Assembly (NCBI GenBank): GCA_964057225.1
Contig: CAXKVF010000084.1
Location: 248,001-312,000, forward strand
DNA from: Auanema rhodensis
Lineage: Eukaryota > Animalia > Nematoda
Direction: 5' to 3'
DNA length: 64,000 bases
The translations under genes were made by a program, and so were the position numbers. This document shows, piece by piece, positions 1 to 13,904 of this stretch. The notes below the pieces were generated by a model that had not been told where the DNA came from, searched no databases, and saw only the letters and a program-made list of their open reading frames with translations. The stretch's first letter is position 1, and each line of letters opens with the position of its first letter.

Positions 1-1
1 G

Positions 2-16
2 TCATGGTTACCATGA
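2..16. other. 15-bp interrupted palindrome TCATGGT-T-ACCATGA (contains BstEII site GGTTACC; RFX X-box half-site-like GTTACCATG); first copy of a per-monomer motif
   Basis: The reverse complement of tcatggt (2-8) is accatga (10-16). The outermost pair is lost in the C16 allele. Confidence 0.9.
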
Positions 17-94
17 ACCAATATCAATAAAAATTTGTTTTTAGACTAATATGGACATGGGGAATCTAATTTTGAAAACCGCATCTCTTTATCT

Positions 95-104
95 TTCACG
101 TGAA
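95..104. other. Perfect 10-bp palindrome TTCACGTGAA (E-box/G-box CACGTG core); first copy of a per-monomer motif
   Basis: Read directly and self-complementary. Protein binding is not shown. Confidence 0.9.
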
Positions 105-120
105 GCGAGTTACATACCAA

Positions 121-138
121 GTGCACATCACGTGTACA
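121..138. other. Cluster of 6-bp palindromes GTGCAC (121-126), CACGTG (129-134), TGTACA (133-138); ATCACGTG at 127-134; first copy of a per-monomer motif
   Basis: Read directly from gtgcacatcacgtgtaca. Confidence 0.9.
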
Positions 139-158
139 TTTAATTAGCATAAATTAAA
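139..158. other. AT-rich inverted repeat TTTAATT-agcata-AATTAAA; first copy of a per-monomer motif
   Basis: The 7-bp arms at 139-145 and 152-158 are reverse complements, with a 6-nt spacer. Confidence 0.85.
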
Positions 159-3100
159 GTTCACGTAAATTTCAAAGTCATGGTTACCATGAACCAATAT
201 CAATAAAAATTTGTTTTTAGACTAATATGGACATGGGGAATCTAATTTTGAAAACCGCATCTCTTTATCTTTCACGTGAAGCGAGTTACATACCAAGTGC
301 ACATCACGTGTACATTTAATTAGCATAAATTAAAGTTCACGTAAATTTCAAAGTCATGGTTACCATGAACCAATATCAATAAAAATTTGTTTTTAGACTA
401 ATATGGACATGGGGAATCTAATTTTGAAAACCGCATCTCCTTATCTTTCACGTGAAGCGAGTTACATACTAAGTGCACATCACGTGTACATTTAATTAGC
501 ATAAATTAAAGTTCACGTAAATTTCAAAGTCATGGTTACCATGCACCAATATCAATAAAAATTTGTTTTTAAACTAATATGGACATGGGGAATCTAATTT
601 TGAAAACCGCATCTCTTTATCTTTCACGTGAAGCGAGTTACATACCAAGTGCACATCACGTGTACATTTAATTAGCATAAATTAAAGTTCACGTAAATTT
701 CAAAGTCATGGTTACCATGAACCAATATCAATAAAAATTTGTTTTTAGACTAATATGGACATGGGGAATCTAATTTTGAAAACCGCATCTCTTTATCTTT
801 CACGTGAAGCGAGTTACATACCAAGTGCACATCACGTGTACATTTAATTAGCATAAATTAAAGTTCACGTAAATTTCAAAGTCATGGTTACCATGCACCA
901 ATATCAATAAAAATTTGTTTTTAAACTAATATGGACATGGGGAATCTAATTTTGAAAACCGCATCTCTTTATCTTTCACGTGAACCGAGTTACATACCAA
1001 GTGCACATCACGTGTACATTTAATTAGCATAAATTAAAGTTCACGTAAATTTCAAAGTCATGGTTACCATGCACCAATATCAATAAAAATTTGTTTTTAG
1101 ACTAATATGGACATGGGGAATCTAATTTTGAAAACCGCATCTCTTTATCTTTCACGTGAAGCGAGTTACATACCAAGTGCACATCACGTGTACATTTAAT
1201 TAGCATAAATTAAAGTTCACGTAAATTTCAAAGTCATGGTTACCATGAACCAATATCAATAAAAATTTGTTTTTAGACTAATATGGACATGGGGAATCTA
1301 ATTTTGAAAACCGCATCTCTTTATCTTTCACGTGAAGCGAGTTACATACCAAGTGCACATCACGTGTACATTTAATTAGCATAAATTAAAGTTCACGTAA
1401 ATTTCAAAGTCATGGTTACCATGAACCAATATCAATAAAAATTTGTTTTTAGACTAATATGGACATGGGGAATCTAATTTTGAAAACCGCATCTCTTTAT
1501 CTTTCACGTGAAGCGAGTTACATACCAAGTGCACATCACGTGTACATTTAATTAGCATAAATTAAAGTTCACGTAAATTTCAAAGTCATGGTTACCATGA
1601 ACCAATATCAATAAAAATTTGTTTTTAGACTAATATGGACATGGGGAATCTAATTTTGAAAACCGCATCTCTTTATCTTTCACGTGAAGCGAGTTACATA
1701 CCAAGTGCACATCACGTGTACATTTAATTAGCATAAATTAAAGTTCACGTAAATTTCAAAGTCATGGTTACCATGAACCAATATCAATAAAAATTTGTTT
1801 TTGGACTAATATGGACATGGGGAATCTAATTTTGAAAACCGCATCTCCTTATCTTTCACGTGAAGCGAGTTACATACCAAGTGCACATCACGTGTACATT
1901 TAATTAGCATAAATTAAAGTTCACGTAAATTTCAAAGTCATGGTTACCATGCACCAATATCAATAAAAATTTGTTTTTAAACTAATATGGACATGGGGAA
2001 TCTAATTTTGAAAACCGCATCTCTTTATCTTTCACGTGAAGCGAGTTACATACCAAGTGCACATCACGTGTACATTTAATTAGCATAAATTAAAGTTCAC
2101 GTAAATTTCAAAGTCATGGTTACCATGCACCAATATCAATAAAAATTTGTTTTTAGACTAATATGGACATGGGGAATCTAATTTTGAAAACCGCATCTCT
2201 TCATCTTTCACGTGAAGCGAGTTACATACCAAGTGCACATCACGTGTACATTTAATTAGCATAAATTAAAGTTGACGTAAATTTCAAAGTCATGGTTACC
2301 ATGAACCAATATCAATAAAAATTTGTTTTTAGACTAATATGGACATGGGGAATCTAATTTTGAAAACCGCATCTCTTTATCTTTCACGTGAAGCGAGTTA
2401 CATACCAAGTGCACATCACGTATACATTTAATTAGCATAAATTAAAGTTCACGTAAATTTCAAAGTCATGGTTACCATGAACCAATATCAATAAAAATTT
2501 GTTTTTAGACTAATATGGACATGGGGAATCTAATTTTGAAAACCGCATCTCTTTATCTTTCACGTGAAGCGAGTTACATACCAAGTGCACATCACGTGTA
2601 CATTTAATTAGCATAAATTAAAGTTCACGTAAATTTCAAAGTCATGGTTACCATGCACCAATATCAATAAAAATTTGTTTTTAGACTAATATGGACATGG
2701 GGAATCTAATTTTGAAAACCGCATCTCTTTATCTTTCACGTGAAGCGAGTTACATACCAAGTGCACATCACGTGTACATTTAATTAGCATAAATTAAAGT
2801 TCACGTAAATTTCAAAGTCATGGTTACCATGCACCAATATCAATAAAAATTTGTTTTTAGACTAATATGGACATGGGGAATCTAATTTTGAAAACCGCAT
2901 CTCTTTATCTTTCACGTGAAGCGAGTTACATACCAAGTGCACATCACGTGTACATTTAATTAGCATAAATTAAAGTTCACGTAAATTTCAAAGTCATGGT
3001 TACCATGAACCAATATCAATAAAAATTTGTTTTTAGACTAATATGGACATGGGGAATCTAATTTTGAAAACCGCATCTCTTTATCTTTCACGTGAAGCGA

Positions 3101-3160
3101 GTTACATACCAAGTGCACATCACGTGTACATTTAATTAGCATAAATTAAAGTTCACGTAA

Positions 3161-6100
3161 CTTTCAAAGTCATGGTTACCATGCACCAATATCAATAAAA
3201 ATTTGTTTTTAGACTAATATGGACATGGGGAATCTAATTTTGAAAACCGCATCTCTTTATCTTTCACGTGAAGCGAGTTACATACTAAGTGCACATCACG
3301 TGTACATTTAATTAGCATAAATTAAAGTTCACGTAAATTTCAAAGTCATGGTTACCATGCACCAATATCAATAAAAATTTGTTTTTAGACTAATATGGAC
3401 ATGGGGAATCTAATTTTGAAAACCGCATCTCTTTATCTTTCACGTGAAGCGAGTTACATACCAAGTGCACATCACGTGTACATTTAATTAGCATAAATTA
3501 AAGTTCACGTAAATTTCAAAGTCATGGTTACCATGAACCAATATCAATAAAAATTTGTTTTTAGACTAATATGGACATGGGGAATCTAATTTTGAAAACC
3601 GCATCTCTTTATCTTTCACGTGAAGCGAGTTACATACCAAGTGCACATCACGTGTACATTTAATTAGCATAAATTAAAGTTCACGTAAATTTCAAAGTCA
3701 TGGTTACCATGCACCAATATCAATAAAAATTTGTTTTTAGACTAATATGGACATGGGGAATCTAATTTTGAAAACCGCATCTCTTTATCTTTCACGTGAA
3801 GCGAGTTACATACCAAGTGCACATCACGTGTACATTTAATTAGCATAAATTAAAGTTCACGTAAATTTCAAAGTCATGGTTACCATGCACCAATATCAAT
3901 AAAAATTTGTTTTTAGACTAATATGGACATGGGGAATCTAATTTTGAAAACCGCATCTCTTTATCTTTCACGTGAAGCGAGTTACAAACCAAGTGCACAT
4001 CACGTGTACATTTAATTAGCATAAATTAAAGTTCACGTAAATTTCAAAGTCATGGTTACCATGAACCAATATCAATAAAAATTTGTTTTTAGACTAATAT
4101 GGACATGGGGAATCTAATTTTGAAAACCGCATCTCTTTATCTTTCACGTGAAGCGAGTTACATACCAAGTGCACATCACGTATACATTTAATTAGCATAA
4201 ATTAAAGTTCACGTAAATTTCAAAGTCATGGTTACCATGCACCAATATCAATAAAAATTTGTTTTTAGACTAATATGGACATGGGGAATCTAATTTTGAA
4301 AACCGCATCTCTTTATCTTTCACGTGAAGCGAGTTACATACCAAGTGCACATCACGTATACATTTAATTAGCATAAATTAAAGTTCACGTAAATTTCAAA
4401 GTCATGGTTACCATGAACCAATATCAATAAAAATTTGTTTTTACACTAATATGGACATGGGGAATCTAATTTTGAAAACCGCATCTCTTTATCTTTCACG
4501 TGAAGCGAGTTACATACCAAGTGCACATCACGTGTACATTTAATTAGCATAAATTAAAGTTCACGTAAATTTCAAAGTCATGGTTACCATGAACCAATAT
4601 CAATAAAAATTTGTTTTTAGACTAATATGGACATGGGGAATCTAATTTTGAAAACCGCATCTCTTTATCTTTCACGTGAAGCGAGTTACACACCAAGTGC
4701 ACATCACGTGTACATTTAATTAGCATAAATTAAAGTTCACGTAACTTTCAAAGTCATGGTTACCATGCACCAATATCAATAAAAATTTGTTTTTAGACTA
4801 ATATGGACATGGGGAATCTAATTTTGAAAACCGCATCTCTTTATCTTTCACGTGAAGCGAGTTACATACCAAGTGCACATCACGTGTACATTTAATTAGC
4901 ATAAATTAAAGTTCACGTAAATTTCAAAGTCATGGTTACCATGAACCAATATCAATAAAAATTTGTTTTTAGACTAATATGGACATGGGGAATCTAATTT
5001 TGAAAACCGCATCTCTTTATCTTTCACGTGAAGCGAGTTACATACCAAGTGCACATCACGTGTACATTTAATTAGCATAAATTAAAGTTCACGTAAATTT
5101 CAAAGTCATGGTTACCATGCACCAATATCAATAAAAATTTGTTTTTAGACTAATATGGACATGGGGAATCTAATTTTGAAAACCGCATCTCTTTATCTTT
5201 CACGTGAAGCGAGTTACATACCAAGTGCACATCACGTGTACATTTAATTAGCATAAATTAAAGTTCACGTAAATTTCAAAGTCATGGTTACCATGAACCA
5301 ATATCAATAAAAATTTGTTTTTAGACTAATATGGACATGGGGAATCTAATTTTGAAAACCGCATCTCTTTATCTTTCACGTGAAGCGAGTTACAAACCAA
5401 GTGCACATCACGTGTACATTTAATTAGCATAAATTAAAGTTCACGTAAATTTCAAAGTCATGGTTACCATGAACCAATATCAATAAAAATTTGTTTTTAG
5501 ACTAATATGGACATGGGGAATCTAATTTTGAAAACCGCATCTCTTTATCTTTCACGTGAAGCGAGTTACATACCAAGTGCACATCACGTGTACATTTAAT
5601 TAGCATAAATTAAAGTTCACGTAAATTTCAAAGTCATGGTTACCATGCACCAATATCAATAAAAATTTGTTTTTAGACTAATATGGACATGGGGAATCTA
5701 ATTTTGAAAACCGCATCTCTTTATCTTTCACGTGAAGCGAGTTACATACTAAGTGCACATCACGTGTACATTTAATTAGCATAAATTAAAGTTCACGTAA
5801 ATTTCAAAGTCATGGTTACCATGCACCAATATCAATAAAAATTTGTTTTTAGACTAATATGGACATGGGGAATCTAATTTTGAAAACCGCATCTCTTTAT
5901 CTTTCACGTGAAGCGAGTTACATACCAAGTGCACATCACGTGTACATTTAATTAGCATAAATTAAAGTTCACGTAAATTTCAAAGTCATGGTTACCATGC
6001 ACCAATATCAATAAAAATTTGTTTTTAGACTAATATGGACATGGGGAATCTAATTTTGAAAACCGCATCTCTTTATCTTTCACGTGAAGCGAGTTACATA

Positions 6101-8976
6101 CCAAGTGCACATCACGTGTACATTTAATTAGCATAAATTAAAGTTCACGTAACTTTCAAAGTCATGGTTACCATGCACCAATATCAATAAAAATTTGTTT
6201 TTAGACTAATATGGACATGGGGAATCTAATTTTGAAAACCGCATCTCTTTATCTTTCACGTGAAGCGAGTTACATACTAAGTGCACATCACGTGTACATT
6301 TAATTAGCATAAATTAAAGTTCACGTAAATTTCAAAGTCATGGTTACCATGCACCAATATCAATAAAAATTTGTTTTTAGACTAATATGGACATGGGGAA
6401 TCTAATTTTGAAAACCGCATCTCTTTATCTTTCACGTGAAGCGAGTTACATACCAAGTGCACATCACGTGTACATTTAATTAGCATAAATTAAAGTTCAC
6501 GTAAATTTCAAAGTCATGGTTACCATGAACCAATATCAATAAAAATTTGTTTTTAGACTAATATGGACATGGGGAATCTAATTTTGAAAACCGCATCTCT
6601 TTATCTTTCACGTGAAGCGAGTTACATACCAAGTGCACATCACGTGTACATTTAATTAGCATAAATTAAAGTTCACGTAAATTTCAAAGTCATGGTTACC
6701 ATGCACCAATATCAATAAAAATTTGTTTTTAGACTAATATGGACATGGGGAATCTAATTTTGAAAACCGCATCTCTTTATCTTTCACGTGAAGCGAGTTA
6801 CAAACCAAGTGCACATCACGTGTACATTTAATTAGCATAAATTAAAGTTCACGTAAATTTCAAAGTCATGGTTACCATGAACCAATATCAATAAAAATTT
6901 GTTTTTAGACTAATATGGACATGGGGAATCTAATTTTGAAAACCGCATCTCTTTATCTTTCACGTGAAGCGAGTTACATACCAAGTGCACATCACGTATA
7001 CATTTAATTAGCATAAATTAAAGTTCACGTAAATTTCAAAGTCATGGTTACCATGCACCAATATCAATAAAAATTTGTTTTTAGACTAATATGGACATGG
7101 GGAATCTAATTTTGAAAACCGCATCTCTTTATCTTTCACGTGAAGCGAGTTACATACCAAGTGCACATCACGTATACATTTAATTAGCATAAATTAAAGT
7201 TCACGTAAATTTCAAAGTCATGGTTACCATGAACCAATATCAATAAAAATTTGTTTTTACACTAATATGGACATGGGGAATCTAATTTTGAAAACCGCAT
7301 CTCTTTATCTTTCACGTGAAGCGAGTTACATACCAAGTGCACATCACGTGTACATTTAATTAGCATAAATTAAAGTTCACGTAAATTTCAAAGTCATGGT
7401 TACCATGAACCAATATCAATAAAAATTTGTTTTTAGACTAATATGGACATGGGGAATCTAATTTTGAAAACCGCATCTCTTTATCTTTCACGTGAAGCGA
7501 GTTACACACCAAGTGCACATCACGTGTACATTTAATTAGCATAAATTAAAGTTCACGTAACTTTCAAAGTCATGGTTACCATGCACCAATATCAATAAAA
7601 ATTTGTTTTTAGACTAATATGGACATGGGGAATCTAATTTTGAAAACCGCATCTCTTTATCTTTCACGTGAAGCGAGTTACATACCAAGTGCACATCACG
7701 TGTACATTTAATTAGCATAAATTAAAGTTCACGTAAATTTCAAAGTCATGGTTACCATGAACCAATATCAATAAAAATTTGTTTTTAGACTAATATGGAC
7801 ATGGGGAATCTAATTTTGAAAACCGCATCTCTTTATCTTTCACGTGAAGCGAGTTACATACCAAGTGCACATCACGTGTACATTTAATTAGCATAAATTA
7901 AAGTTCACGTAAATTTCAAAGTCATGGTTACCATGCACCAATATCAATAAAAATTTGTTTTTAGACTAATATGGACATGGGGAATCTAATTTTGAAAACC
8001 GCATCTCTTTATCTTTCACGTGAAGCGAGTTACATACCAAGTGCACATCACGTGTACATTTAATTAGCATAAATTAAAGTTCACGTAAATTTCAAAGTCA
8101 TGGTTACCATGAACCAATATCAATAAAAATTTGTTTTTAGACTAATATGGACATGGGGAATCTAATTTTGAAAACCGCATCTCTTTATCTTTCACGTGAA
8201 GCGAGTTACAAACCAAGTGCACATCACGTGTACATTTAATTAGCATAAATTAAAGTTCACGTAAATTTCAAAGTCATGGTTACCATGAACCAATATCAAT
8301 AAAAATTTGTTTTTAGACTAATATGGACATGGGGAATCTAATTTTGAAAACCGCATCTCTTTATCTTTCACGTGAAGCGAGTTACATACCAAGTGCACAT
8401 CACGTGTACATTTAATTAGCATAAATTAAAGTTCACGTAAATTTCAAAGTCATGGTTACCATGCACCAATATCAATAAAAATTTGTTTTTAGACTAATAT
8501 GGACATGGGGAATCTAATTTTGAAAACCGCATCTCTTTATCTTTCACGTGAAGCGAGTTACATACTAAGTGCACATCACGTGTACATTTAATTAGCATAA
8601 ATTAAAGTTCACGTAAATTTCAAAGTCATGGTTACCATGCACCAATATCAATAAAAATTTGTTTTTAGACTAATATGGACATGGGGAATCTAATTTTGAA
8701 AACCGCATCTCTTTATCTTTCACGTGAAGCGAGTTACATACCAAGTGCACATCACGTGTACATTTAATTAGCATAAATTAAAGTTCACGTAAATTTCAAA
8801 GTCATGGTTACCATGCACCAATATCAATAAAAATTTGTTTTTAGACTAATATGGACATGGGGAATCTAATTTTGAAAACCGCATCTCTTTATCTTTCACG
8901 TGAAGCGAGTTACATACCAAGTGCACATCACGTGTACATTTAATTAGCATAAATTAAAGTTCACGTAAATTTCAAA
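3161..8976 (+). repeat. Tandem duplication of a 16-17-monomer block
   Basis: Monomers 23-34 and 39-50 carry the same ordered variants (T115A; G134A; G134A; G44C; T115C+A169C; ... T115A; C118T). The private marker G44C sits at 4444 and 7260, 2816 bp = 16 monomers apart. Confidence 0.85.
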
Positions 8977-11264
8977 GTCATGGTTACCATGAACCAATAT
9001 CAATAAAAATTTGTTTTTAGACTAATATGGACATGGGGAATCTAATTTTGAAAACCGCATCTCTTTATCTTTCACGTGAAGCGAGTTACATACCAAGTGC
9101 ACATCACGTGTACATTTAATTAGCATAAATTAAAGTTCACGTAAATTTCAAAGTCATGGTTACCATGAACCAATATCAATAAAAATTTGTTTTTAGACTA
9201 ATATGGACATGGGGAATCTAATTTTGAAAACCGCATCTCTTTATCTTTCACGTGAAGCGAGTTACACACCAAGTGCACATCACGTGTACATTTAATTAGC
9301 ATAAATTAAAGTTCACGTAACTTTCAAAGTCATGGTTACCATGCACCAATATCAATAAAAATTTGTTTTTAGACTAATATGGACATGGGTAATCTAATTT
9401 TGAAAACCGCATCTCTTTATCTTTCACGTGAAGCGAGTTACATACCAAGTGCACATCACGTGTACATTTAATTAGCATAAATTAAAGTTCACGTAAATTT
9501 CAAAGTCATGGTTACCATGAACCAATATCAATAAAAATTTGTTTTTAGACTAATATGGACATGGGGAATCTAATTTTGAAAACCGCATCTCTTTATCTTT
9601 CACGTGAAGCGAGTTACATACCAAGTGCACATCACGTGTACATTTAATTAGCATAAATTAAAGTTCACGTAAATTTCAAAGTCATGGTTACCATGCACCA
9701 ATATCAATAAAAATTTGTTTTTAAACTAATATGGACATGGGGAATCTAATTTTGAAAACCGCATCTCTTTATCTTTCACGTGAAGCGAGTTACATACCAA
9801 GTGCACATCACGTGTACATTTAATTAGCATAAATTAAAGTTCACGTAAATTTCAAAGTCATGGTTACCATGCACCAATATCAATAAAAATTTGTTTTTAG
9901 ACTAATATGGACATGGGGAATCTAATTTTGAAAACCGCATCTCTTTATCTTTCACGTGAAGCGAGTTACATACCAAGTGCACATCACGTGTACATTTAAT
10001 TAGCATAAATTAAAGTTCACGTAAATTTCAAAGTCATGGTTACCATGAACCAATATCAATAAAAATTTGTTTTTAGACTAATATGGACATGGGGAATCTA
10101 ATTTTGAAAACCGCATCTCTTTATCTTTCACGTGAAGCGAGTTACATACCAAGTGCACATCACGTGTACATTTAATTAGCATAAATTAAAGTTCACGTAA
10201 ATTTCAAAGTCATGGTTACCATGCACCAATATCAATAAAAATTTGTTTTTAGACTAATATGGACATGGGAAATCTAATTTTGAAAACCGCATCTCTTTAT
10301 CTTTCACGTGAAGCGAGTTACATACTAAGTGCACATCACGTGTACATTTAATTAGCATAAATTAAAGTTCACGTAAATTTCAAAGTCATGGTTACCATGC
10401 ACCAATATCAATAAAAATTTGTTTTTAGACTAATATGGACATGGGGAATCTAATTTTGAAAACCGCATCTCTTTATCTTTCACGTGAAGCGAGTTACATA
10501 CCAAGTGCACATCACGTGTACATTTAATTAGCATAAATTAAAGTTCACGTAAATTTCAAAGTCATGGTTACCATGAACCAATATCAATAAAAATTTGTTT
10601 TTAGACTAATATGGACATGGGGAATCTAATTTTGAAAACCGCATCTCTTTATCTTTCACGTGAAGCGAGTTACATACCAAGTGCACATCACGTGTACATT
10701 TAATTAGCATAAATTAAAGTTCACGTAAATTTCAAAGTCATGGTTACCATGCACCAATATCAATAAAAATTTGTTTTTAAACTAATATGGACATGGGGAA
10801 TCTAATTTTGAAAACCGCATCTCTTTATCTTTCACGTGAAGCGAGTTACATACCAAGTGCACATCACGTGTACATTTAATTAGCATAAATTAAAGTTCAC
10901 GTAAATTTCAAAGTCATGGTTACCATGCACCAATATCAATAAAAATTTGTTTTTAGACTAATATGGACATGGGGAATCTAATTTTGAAAACCGCATCTCT
11001 TTATCTTTCACGTGAAGCGAGTTACATACCAAGTGCACATCACGTGTACATTTAATTAGCATAAATTAAAGTTCACGTAAATTTCAAAGTCATGGTTACC
11101 ATGCACCAATATCAATAAAAATTTGTTTTTAAACTAATATGGACATGGGGAATCTAATTTTGAAAACCGCATCTCTTTATCTTTCACGTGAAGCGAGTTA
11201 CATACCAAGTGCACATCACGTGTACATTTAATTAGCATAAATTAAAGTTCACGTAAATTTCAAA

Positions 11265-13904
11265 GTCATGGTTACCATGCACCAATATCAATAAAAATTT
11301 GTTTTTAGACTAATATGGACATGGGGAATCTAATTTTGAAAACCGCATCTCTTTATCTTTCACGAGAAGCGAGTTACAAACCAAGTGCACATCACGTGTA
11401 CATTTAATTAGCATAAATTAAAGTTCACGTAAATTTCAAAGTCATGGTTACCATGAACCAATATCAATAAAAATTTGTTTTTAGACTAATATGGACATGG
11501 GGAATCTAATTTTGAAAACCGCATCTCTTTATCTTTCACGTGAAGCGAGTTACATACCAAGTGCACATCACGTGTACATTTAATTAGCATAAATTAAAGT
11601 TCACGTAAATTTCAAAGTCATGGTTACCATGCACCAATATCAATAAAAATTTGTTTTTAGACTAATATGGACATGGGGAATCTAATTTTGAAAACCGCAT
11701 CTCTTTATCTTTCACGTGAAGCGAGTTACATACCAAGTGCACATCACGTGTACATTTAATTAGCATAAATTAAAGTTCACGTAAATTTCAAAGTCATGGT
11801 TACCATGAACCAATATCAATAAAAATTTGTTTTTAGACTAATATGGACATGGGGAATCTAATTTTGAAAACCGCATCTCTTTATCTTTCACGTGAAGCGA
11901 GTTACAAACCAAGTGCACATCACGTGTACATTTAATTAGCATAAATTAAAGTTCACGTAAATTTCAAAGTCATGGTTACCATGAACCAATATCAATAAAA
12001 ATTTGTTTTTAGACTAATATGGACATGGGGAATCTAATTTTGAAAACCGCATCTCTTTATCTTTCACGTGAAGCGAGTTACATACCAAGTGCACATCACG
12101 TGTACATTTAATTAGCATAAATTAAAGTTCACGTAAATTTCAAAGTCATGGTTACCATGCACCAATATCAATAAAAATTTGTTTTTAGACTAATATGGAC
12201 ATGGGGAATCTAATTTTGAAAACCGCATCTCTTTATCTTTCACGTGAAGCGAGTTACATACCAAGTGCACATCACGTGTACATTTAATTAGCATAAATTA
12301 AAGTTCACGTAAATTTCAAAGTCATGGTTACCATGAACCAATATCAATAAAAATTTGTTTTTAGACTAATATGGACATGGGGAATCTAATTTTGAAAACC
12401 GCATCTCTTTATCTTTCACGTGAAGCGAGTTACAAACCAAGTGCACATCACGTGTACATTTAATTAGCATAAATTAAAGTTCACGTAAATTTCAAAGTCA
12501 TGGTTACCATGAACCAATATCAATAAAAATTTGTTTTTAGACTAATATGGACATGGGGAATCTAATTTTGAAAACCGCATCTCTTTATCTTTCACGTGAA
12601 GCGAGTTACATACCAAGTGCACATCACGTGTACATTTAATTAGCATAAATTAAAGTTCACGTAAATTTCAAAGTCATGGTTACCATGCACCAATATCAAT
12701 AAAAATTTGTTTTTAGACTAATATGGACATGGGGAATCTAATTTTGAAAACCGCATCTCTTTATCTTTCACGTGAAGCGAGTTACATACTAAGTGCACAT
12801 CACGTGTACATTTAATTAGCATAAATTAAAGTTCACGTAAATTTCAAAGTCATGGTTACCATGCACCAATATCAATAAAAATTTGTTTTTAGACTAATAT
12901 GGACATGGGGAATCTAATTTTGAAAACCGCATCTCTTTATCTTTCACGAGAAGCGAGTTACAAACCAAGTGCACATCACGTGTACATTTAATTAGCATAA
13001 ATTAAAGTTCACGTAAATTTCAAAGTCATGGTTACCATGAACCAATATCAATAAAAATTTGTTTTTAGACTAATATGGACATGGGGAATCTAATTTTGAA
13101 AACCGCATCTCTTTATCTTTCACGTGAAGCGAGTTACATACCAAGTGCACATCACGTGTACATTTAATTAGCATAAATTAAAGTTCACGTAAATTTCAAA
13201 GTCATGGTTACCATGCACCAATATCAATAAAAATTTGTTTTTAGACTAATATGGACATGGGGAATCTAATTTTGAAAACCGCATCTCTTTATCTTTCACG
13301 TGAAGCGAGTTACATACCAAGTGCACATCACGTGTACATTTAATTAGCATAAATTAAAGTTCACGTAAATTTCAAAGTCATGGTTACCATGAACCAATAT
13401 CAATAAAAATTTGTTTTTAGACTAATATGGACATGGGGAATCTAATTTTGAAAACCGCATCTCTTTATCTTTCACGTGAAGCGAGTTACAAACCAAGTGC
13501 ACATCACGTGTACATTTAATTAGCATAAATTAAAGTTCACGTAAATTTCAAAGTCATGGTTACCATGAACCAATATCAATAAAAATTTGTTTTTAGACTA
13601 ATATGGACATGGGGAATCTAATTTTGAAAACCGCATCTCTTTATCTTTCACGTGAAGCGAGTTACATACCAAGTGCACATCACGTGTACATTTAATTAGC
13701 ATAAATTAAAGTTCACGTAAATTTCAAAGTCATGGTTACCATGCACCAATATCAATAAAAATTTGTTTTTAGACTAATATGGACATGGGGAATCTAATTT
13801 TGAAAACCGCATCTCTTTATCTTTCACGTGAAGCGAGTTACATACTAAGTGCACATCACGTGTACATTTAATTAGCATAAATTAAAGTTCACGTAAATTT
13901 CAAA
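11265..13904 (+). repeat. Trimer-periodic (528 bp) segment with a 9-mer super-period
   Basis: T115A at 11379, 11907, 12435, 12963 and 13491. T101A at 11365 and 12949 (1584 bp apart). Confidence 0.85.

Noticed and set aside
26-31. AATAAA polyadenylation signal in each monomer
   Set aside because: A common hexamer in 68% AT DNA, with no transcription-unit context.
1-176. Identity with Brassica CentBr (176 bp), Arabidopsis CEN178 or primate alpha satellite
   Set aside because: Only the length is similar. I see no sequence resemblance to those consensus sequences as I recall them. A database search is needed to assign a family.
127-176. Budding-yeast point centromere (CDEI-CDEII-CDEIII)
   Set aside because: ATCACGTG fits CDEI, but there is no ~80-bp >90% AT CDEII or CCGAA-type CDEIII at the right distance, and point centromeres are not tandem arrays.
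1-176. Tandem 5S rRNA, tRNA, snRNA or spliced-leader gene unit
   Set aside because: No recognisable 5S/tRNA sequence, A/B boxes or cloverleaf. The aatttttg/aattttg-like strings resembling an Sm site are expected by chance in AT-rich DNA.
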